Shown one piece after another: positions 59,659 through 64,000 of a DNA stretch of 64,000 nucleotides (the stretch's first letter is position 1; every line of letters starts with the position of its first letter). The DNA comes from PVC group bacterium (GTDB lineage: Bacteria; Omnitrophota; Gorgyraeia; B26-G9). A program made the translations under genes and the position numbers. The notes below the pieces were generated by a model. It was not told where the DNA came from. It saw only the letters and a list, made by a program, of their open reading frames with translations, and did not search any database. Location of the stretch: contig JAAEQR010000206.1 of the NCBI GenBank assembly GCA_024231215.1, forward strand, positions 3,112 to 67,111, given 5' to 3'.

Positions 59659-60045
59659 GTGAGTACAATATTATTTTCAGGGAGATTTGACAGGCCGCAT
59701 ATAGGGCATATGATTACTATTGGCAGGTTGGGACAGCAATATGATAAGGTAATTATTGTGGTGTTGGATTACCCAGAGCAGAAGTATCCAATAGATGAGC
59801 GGGTAAATACTTTGCGTAATGCTCTGTACCTAATGAGAATGAGAGGATCATATCAAATTGTGGTCTCAAAACACCATTTTGGTGAAATAGAGACAAAACA
59901 ATTAAAAGAAGAAATCCCCTGGTTTGATGTGTATGGCAGTGGCAATAGAGAGGTTTTGGAGAATATGAAACAAAATATATATCCAACACAAAGAGTAGAA
60001 CACATACCCCGATACCCCGGATATTCAGCGAGTGAGGAAGGGTGA
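59659..60045 (+). CDS. Cytidylyltransferase-like (HIGH) nucleotidyltransferase
   Basis: SGRFDRPHIGH; C-terminal R.PGYSAS. Confidence 0.8.
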   Translation: MSTILFSGRFDRPHIGHMITIGRLGQQYDKVIIVVLDYPEQKYPIDERVNTLRNALYLMRMRGSYQIVVSKHHFGEIETKQLKEEIPWFDVYGSGNREVLENMKQNIYPTQRVEHIPRYPGYSASEEG

Positions 60046-60821
60046 AAACACTATTGGTATTATCGGTAGGCGTAGAATTTGGGTGGCTGCTATGCACTTT
60101 TATTCCAGCTATACGTTACAAATCACGTGGATATAACAGGACAGTAATTGTATGCGACCCAGAACATAGATACTTATACCAGGATTTTGCAACGGATTTT
60201 GTGAATTATAATAAGAAGATAGAGGGTGTGGGCTACTATGGCTGGTCTCCGAAAAAGAAACTAAAAATGCCAAGAGGAATATCAAGAAAATATCCAGGGG
60301 CTAAAATAATAACACCAACAAAAAAAATATGCACTGATGCACCAATGGTGTATTATAAGTATGGAAAATATAATGACAAATTGCATTCAGATATAATTAT
60401 TCATGCACGGTCTGAGGCAAAATTCAACAGAGAGAAACGAAATTGGCCTATACACCATTATGTAAAACTAATTAAAAAGCTGAGGGCACACAGGGATTTA
60501 TCTGTGTGTTCGGTGGGGACGAAGGAAGGCGCGCACCATATACCGGGCACATTGGATTTGAGAGGAATCCCATTAGAGGCGTTGTGTAATAGAATGGCGA
60601 GTAGTTCAGTAGTTGTAGGTTGTAGCTCGGGGCCTCTTCATTTGGCGAGTTTGTGCGGATGCCCCCATGTGGTATGGACTGACAAGAAATATCAGGAAGC
60701 GATTAAGGGTACAAATAAGGATAGGTATAAAAAATTGTGGAACCCATTCGGTACACCGGTGAAAGTTATAGATGTGGGGTGGCAACCGAGCATTGAGGTT
60801 GTTTATGAGGTATTAAGATGA
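60042..60821 (+). CDS. GT9 (heptosyltransferase-like) glycosyltransferase
   Basis: RNWP, DLRG..L, VVGCSSGPLHLASLCGCPHVV. Confidence 0.8.
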   Translation: MKTLLVLSVGVEFGWLLCTFIPAIRYKSRGYNRTVIVCDPEHRYLYQDFATDFVNYNKKIEGVGYYGWSPKKKLKMPRGISRKYPGAKIITPTKKICTDAPMVYYKYGKYNDKLHSDIIIHARSEAKFNREKRNWPIHHYVKLIKKLRAHRDLSVCSVGTKEGAHHIPGTLDLRGIPLEALCNRMASSSVVVGCSSGPLHLASLCGCPHVVWTDKKYQEAIKGTNKDRYKKLWNPFGTPVKVIDVGWQPSIEVVYEVLR

Positions 60822-60991
60822 AAGATGATATGAAAAAAACTACAGGGGTGTGTGATTCGTGTGGAGACAAGGAGTGCATAGAATGTGGTAGTAAATTACA
60901 CATAATAGAAATAAGTTTTTATAATGACGAAGAAGACAACGCCTGTTTGTGTAGAAGATGTTTAAGGAGTGCTTTGGAGATGTTGAAATGA
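60818..60991 (+). CDS. Small CxxC protein (not in ORF track)
   Basis: CDSC...CIEC...LCRRCLRSALEMLK; ATGA overlaps at both ends. Confidence 0.6.
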   Translation: MKDDMKKTTGVCDSCGDKECIECGSKLHIIEISFYNDEEDNACLCRRCLRSALEMLK

Positions 60992-61089
60992 AAATAACGT
61001 TCTGCGGAAATAATAGAAAATGGGGTGGTGTGGCGATCAAAGATATTTATGATTTCTTGTATTGTCAAGATTGTTTGAAAATTTTATAA
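60988..61089 (+). pseudogene. Chimeric remnant: GT4 N-terminus fused to a CxxC tail
   Basis: MKITFCGNNRKWGGVA resembles MKITFFGNNKKWGGLA at 61294; continues LYCQDCLKIL-stop. Confidence 0.6.
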
Positions 61090-61096
61090 GGGAATT

Positions 61097-61297
61097 ATGC
61101 CAAGAGAAGTAAACCAAAAAAACTATTATCAAGGCCCGGACAACGGTGCTATATATTATCAGGGTGAAAACGAATGTAGTATATGCATTACCCAAACAGA
61201 TGTAGTGGCATTAGAAAATGATATTATAGATGATAATGGTCATTTGATATGGATTTGCAAAGACTGCCTAAAGAAAGCGCTGGAGGCGTTAAAATGA
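61097..61297 (+). CDS. Small CxxC protein, paralog of 60818
   Basis: CSIC...ICKDCLKKALEALK. Confidence 0.62.
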   Translation: MPREVNQKNYYQGPDNGAIYYQGENECSICITQTDVVALENDIIDDNGHLIWICKDCLKKALEALK

Positions 61298-62265
61298 AAA
61301 TAACATTTTTTGGAAACAATAAAAAATGGGGTGGCTTGGCCAACAATGGGGGTAGTCGAACCATACTCCTAAGTGCTGAGACATTGCGTGAATTAGGACA
61401 CGGGGTGAATGTAGTAGCATGTAGTGATAAATTTACATGGTTTCCACATCCACCAATTAAGCATAAGGTATCAAGCAATACAGATGTTGTAATTGCTATA
61501 TCAATAAGTGATGTTAAAGATATAATGGATAAGTATCCGGGTAAAAAATTAGCGTATTGGGCTCGTCCGTGGGAGAGTTGGCATAGTTCAGAAAAGAAAT
61601 GCCTTAAATTGTTAAAAAGGTTTAGATTGTTTGGCGGGACAATAATGGTTAATAGTGGCTGGCAGAAAGATTATTTAGAAACTAAAAACATTACAAGCCA
61701 TTTGGTGTATTCAGGACAGGATATAGAATGGAAGATGGAGTCGGGTTACAATCAACCGTATGATAGGATGGTAATAGGCTGCCAATATTCAAGTAAACCA
61801 CGTAAGGGCTGGAAGGAATTTAAAAAGATAGCCAAGTTATTAGGTGATAAATATGAATATGTAGCCTTTGGGTCTGAGAAGTGTAAGAATAAATTTATAA
61901 GCAGATATCTTAGAAATCCAGCAAGGGAGAAATTGAATGAATTTTACCGATCAATGGACGTATTTTTCATAGGAAATCAACTTGAAGGTTTTCTAAATGT
62001 CGGCTCTGAAGCAGTAATCAACGGCGCTTTGTTAATATGTAATAGCAATCCAAGAAGTGGAGCACATGACTATTGCAATGAAGAAACAGCGCATATGTAT
62101 AATTATACTGGTGATGGTAAGCGCACAGGGCTATTAGGTTTTCAAATAATGCGAATAATGGACAATTTAGATTTTACAAAAGTAGCCAAATGCCAAAAAT
62201 TAATACGTGAGAAGATTGGTACGAGAAAAAAGAATATGGAGAGGATGATTGAGGTGTTGGAATAA
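61294..62265 (+). CDS. GT4-family glycosyltransferase (start revised to 61294)
   Basis: NGGSRTI....LRELGH.V, VNSGW, RKGW, EGFLNVGSEA; GGAGG SD. Confidence 0.85.
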   Translation: MKITFFGNNKKWGGLANNGGSRTILLSAETLRELGHGVNVVACSDKFTWFPHPPIKHKVSSNTDVVIAISISDVKDIMDKYPGKKLAYWARPWESWHSSEKKCLKLLKRFRLFGGTIMVNSGWQKDYLETKNITSHLVYSGQDIEWKMESGYNQPYDRMVIGCQYSSKPRKGWKEFKKIAKLLGDKYEYVAFGSEKCKNKFISRYLRNPAREKLNEFYRSMDVFFIGNQLEGFLNVGSEAVINGALLICNSNPRSGAHDYCNEETAHMYNYTGDGKRTGLLGFQIMRIMDNLDFTKVAKCQKLIREKIGTRKKNMERMIEVLE

Positions 62266-62636
62266 TGGCAATACTATGTTTTTTTTATATGGGAAATTGT
62301 GCGCATTGCAAAAAAAAGAATGTGGAATGTGTGTATTTAGAAGAAGATTATGAGGATAAAATTATCTATCTTTGCAAAGAGTGTTTTGGCGAGGCATTTA
62401 AAAAAACTAATTATGTTATAAAACAATGTGATCACGGTAACTGTTGCCTTCGACAGCCAGAGGACGAATGGTTTGTCAAAGAAGACTTAACTGAATGTAT
62501 ACATATAAGCAAAAATTTTGATTATTATTTATGCAAAAAGTGTGTAAAGGAAAAGGTTGAAAAAGTTAACAAACATAAATTTGATGGGAAAAGTCTGTCG
62601 CCAGCAGAATATGAGGGGCCTTGGGGAGGCTTTTAA
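62265..62636 (+). CDS. Tandem CxxC protein of the same small family
   Basis: YLCKECFGEAF and YLCKKCVKE. Confidence 0.6.
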   Translation: MAILCFFYMGNCAHCKKKNVECVYLEEDYEDKIIYLCKECFGEAFKKTNYVIKQCDHGNCCLRQPEDEWFVKEDLTECIHISKNFDYYLCKKCVKEKVEKVNKHKFDGKSLSPAEYEGPWGGF

Positions 62637-62654
62637 TTTAATGGAGGATATTTT

Positions 62655-63272
62655 GTGATTAAACTAAGCGGACATTTAGTAAGGAAGCCAAGAGCGCAGA
62701 TAGCAGCACCTGTAGATGGGTGCCACAGAAACGGATCTGACGGTTTTTTGAAGGGGGCTCATGCTATGTACCTTAATGGTAAGCTTTTCATGCCACATGG
62801 GATGGTGTCTATATATTATTACACAAGTGGTGACAAAGGATTAAAAATATACGTATCTGCAAAACATGGATGGCATAGCAAAAAGAAGTATGTAAGAGCT
62901 GTTAGAAATCGAATGAAGAAATATCATGAGAAAGGTATTTGTCCTAAGCCATATAAAATAATATCGGTAGAGGTAGACTTTAATTATAAAAACAAAGCTG
63001 TCTATCACAAAAAGGTATGGGGTTTAGAGGTAGATCATTGTTTTTGGCCGGAAGATTTTGAGGATTACGCAAATGGCTACCCATTAACTTGGTGTGAGGG
63101 AAAGTATCCCGGCTACTCTCCAGAGGGATTCAAGAAGTTCAAGAAAAAATTAGATAAAATACTGTCACACGAGGATAAGAAAACACTAAGAAAGCTTGGT
63201 GACTCATACAAATGTGGAGATGTAATGTACTGTACTAAAAAACTAAAATGGGAATTTGTGGATTTGGGCTAA
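62655..63272 (+). CDS. Divergent kinase-like fold protein
   Basis: KGAHAMY, GLKIY, CPKPY, DSYKCGDVMY, FVDLG end. Confidence 0.45.
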   Translation: MIKLSGHLVRKPRAQIAAPVDGCHRNGSDGFLKGAHAMYLNGKLFMPHGMVSIYYYTSGDKGLKIYVSAKHGWHSKKKYVRAVRNRMKKYHEKGICPKPYKIISVEVDFNYKNKAVYHKKVWGLEVDHCFWPEDFEDYANGYPLTWCEGKYPGYSPEGFKKFKKKLDKILSHEDKKTLRKLGDSYKCGDVMYCTKKLKWEFVDLG

Positions 63273-63275
63273 TAT

Positions 63276-63449
63276 ATGAACAAAACCAAAGACGGGATAC
63301 AGCAACTCAAAATGTCTGAGTTGCAAGAAATTGCAAGAAGAAGCGGCGAAGAGAAGGAGGCAAGCATGATTATAGAGCTTAAAAAGGAGATGACGAAATT
63401 TGACAAGCTAATTTTAGAAGCGCAGAAAAATATTTATGAGATACTCTAA
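63276..63449 (+). CDS. Small hypothetical protein (not in ORF track)
   Basis: 57-aa ORF filling the gap between operon genes. Confidence 0.45.
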   Translation: MNKTKDGIQQLKMSELQEIARRSGEEKEASMIIELKKEMTKFDKLILEAQKNIYEIL

Positions 63450-64000
63450 AAAACATAAGAAGCTATTTGTTCACATACCACGTTGTGCAGGCAAATCAAT
63501 AGTTGTAATGATGAAATCTCATTACAAAGATGTAAGGCTTGTAAATAAGTCGTGGACTCATTCCAGACTTAAAGACGTGCGGAAGAATATCGATCTCTCT
63601 AAATACGAGAAAATAGCAGTGGTAAGAAATCCCTGGGAACGAATGGTAAGCTTATATTGTTTTCTTAGGCAGAGAAAAGCTTGGTTTGACACCAGAAAAG
63701 GGAAGAAAGTGTTAAATAAGAATATGCCTGAATTCACTGACTGGCTTATAAATTACGGAAAGAAATCACACAATATAAAAACATCTGACACCCCACAATT
63801 TGATTGGGTTTCATTGAATGGAAAGGTAGCGGTTGACCATCTCATAAGATATGAAAAGTTAGAAAAGGGTGTTAAAAAAGCATTTGGATTCTGTGATTTG
63901 GCGGAGTCACACACAACTTATCATTCACACTGGAAAACATACTATAATGAAAAAAGTGATAAATACATAAGAAGAATATTTAAGAAAGATATTGAGGTGT
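63436..64000 (+). CDS. Sulfotransferase family 2 protein, truncated by the window end
   Basis: Manual translation: LFVHIPRCAGKSI, VVRNPWERMVSLY, PQFDW, IRYEKL. Confidence 0.88.
   Translation, partial: MRYSKKHKKLFVHIPRCAGKSIVVMMKSHYKDVRLVNKSWTHSRLKDVRKNIDLSKYEKIAVVRNPWERMVSLYCFLRQRKAWFDTRKGKKVLNKNMPEFTDWLINYGKKSHNIKTSDTPQFDWVSLNGKVAVDHLIRYEKLEKGVKKAFGFCDLAESHTTYHSHWKTYYNEKSDKYIRRIFKKDIEV

Larger units (their letters stand above)
1..64000. mobile_element. Tailed dsDNA bacteriophage genome (podovirus-like), probably near-complete and circularly permuted
   Basis: terS/terL, portal, scaffold, capsid, nozzle, fibres, ejection proteins and Erf/YqaJ are present; no host housekeeping genes; the same kind of glyco-gene cluster lies at both ends. 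Confidence 0.93.

Overview
The window looks like most of a tailed dsDNA phage genome with podovirus-type organisation, probably circularly permuted. A cluster of glycan-modifying genes (GT2, GT4, GT9 and GT-A glycosyltransferases, sulfotransferases, methyltransferases, kinases, nucleotidyltransferases, an epimerase) sits between terL and the portal. It runs off the right end and appears to resume at the left end. The + strand structural block (8.9-35.6 kb) holds portal, scaffold, capsid, adaptor/nozzle, two fibre genes and ejection proteins, one with an ADP-ribosyltransferase-like domain. The - strand early/middle arm (52.0 to 35.6 kb) holds Erf/YqaJ recombination genes, HNH, a replication initiator, a 12-bp-repeat gene, a lycopene-cyclase-like membrane protein, a nicotinamidase-vWA-kinase operon and an Acb2/Tad1-like small protein. 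The strongest unexplained signal is non-coding. The early arm starts at a sigma54-type promoter with an IHF consensus site and repeated candidate enhancer sites. Its first four genes share a ribosome-binding leader (AACCAAAACAAAAAGGA) that is complementary to the loop of a downstream hairpin. Three sigma70-type promoters show the same layout: a short leader peptide and a hairpin whose loop is antisense to the 5' leader. All protein calls are from motif recognition by eye; no searches or folding were run.
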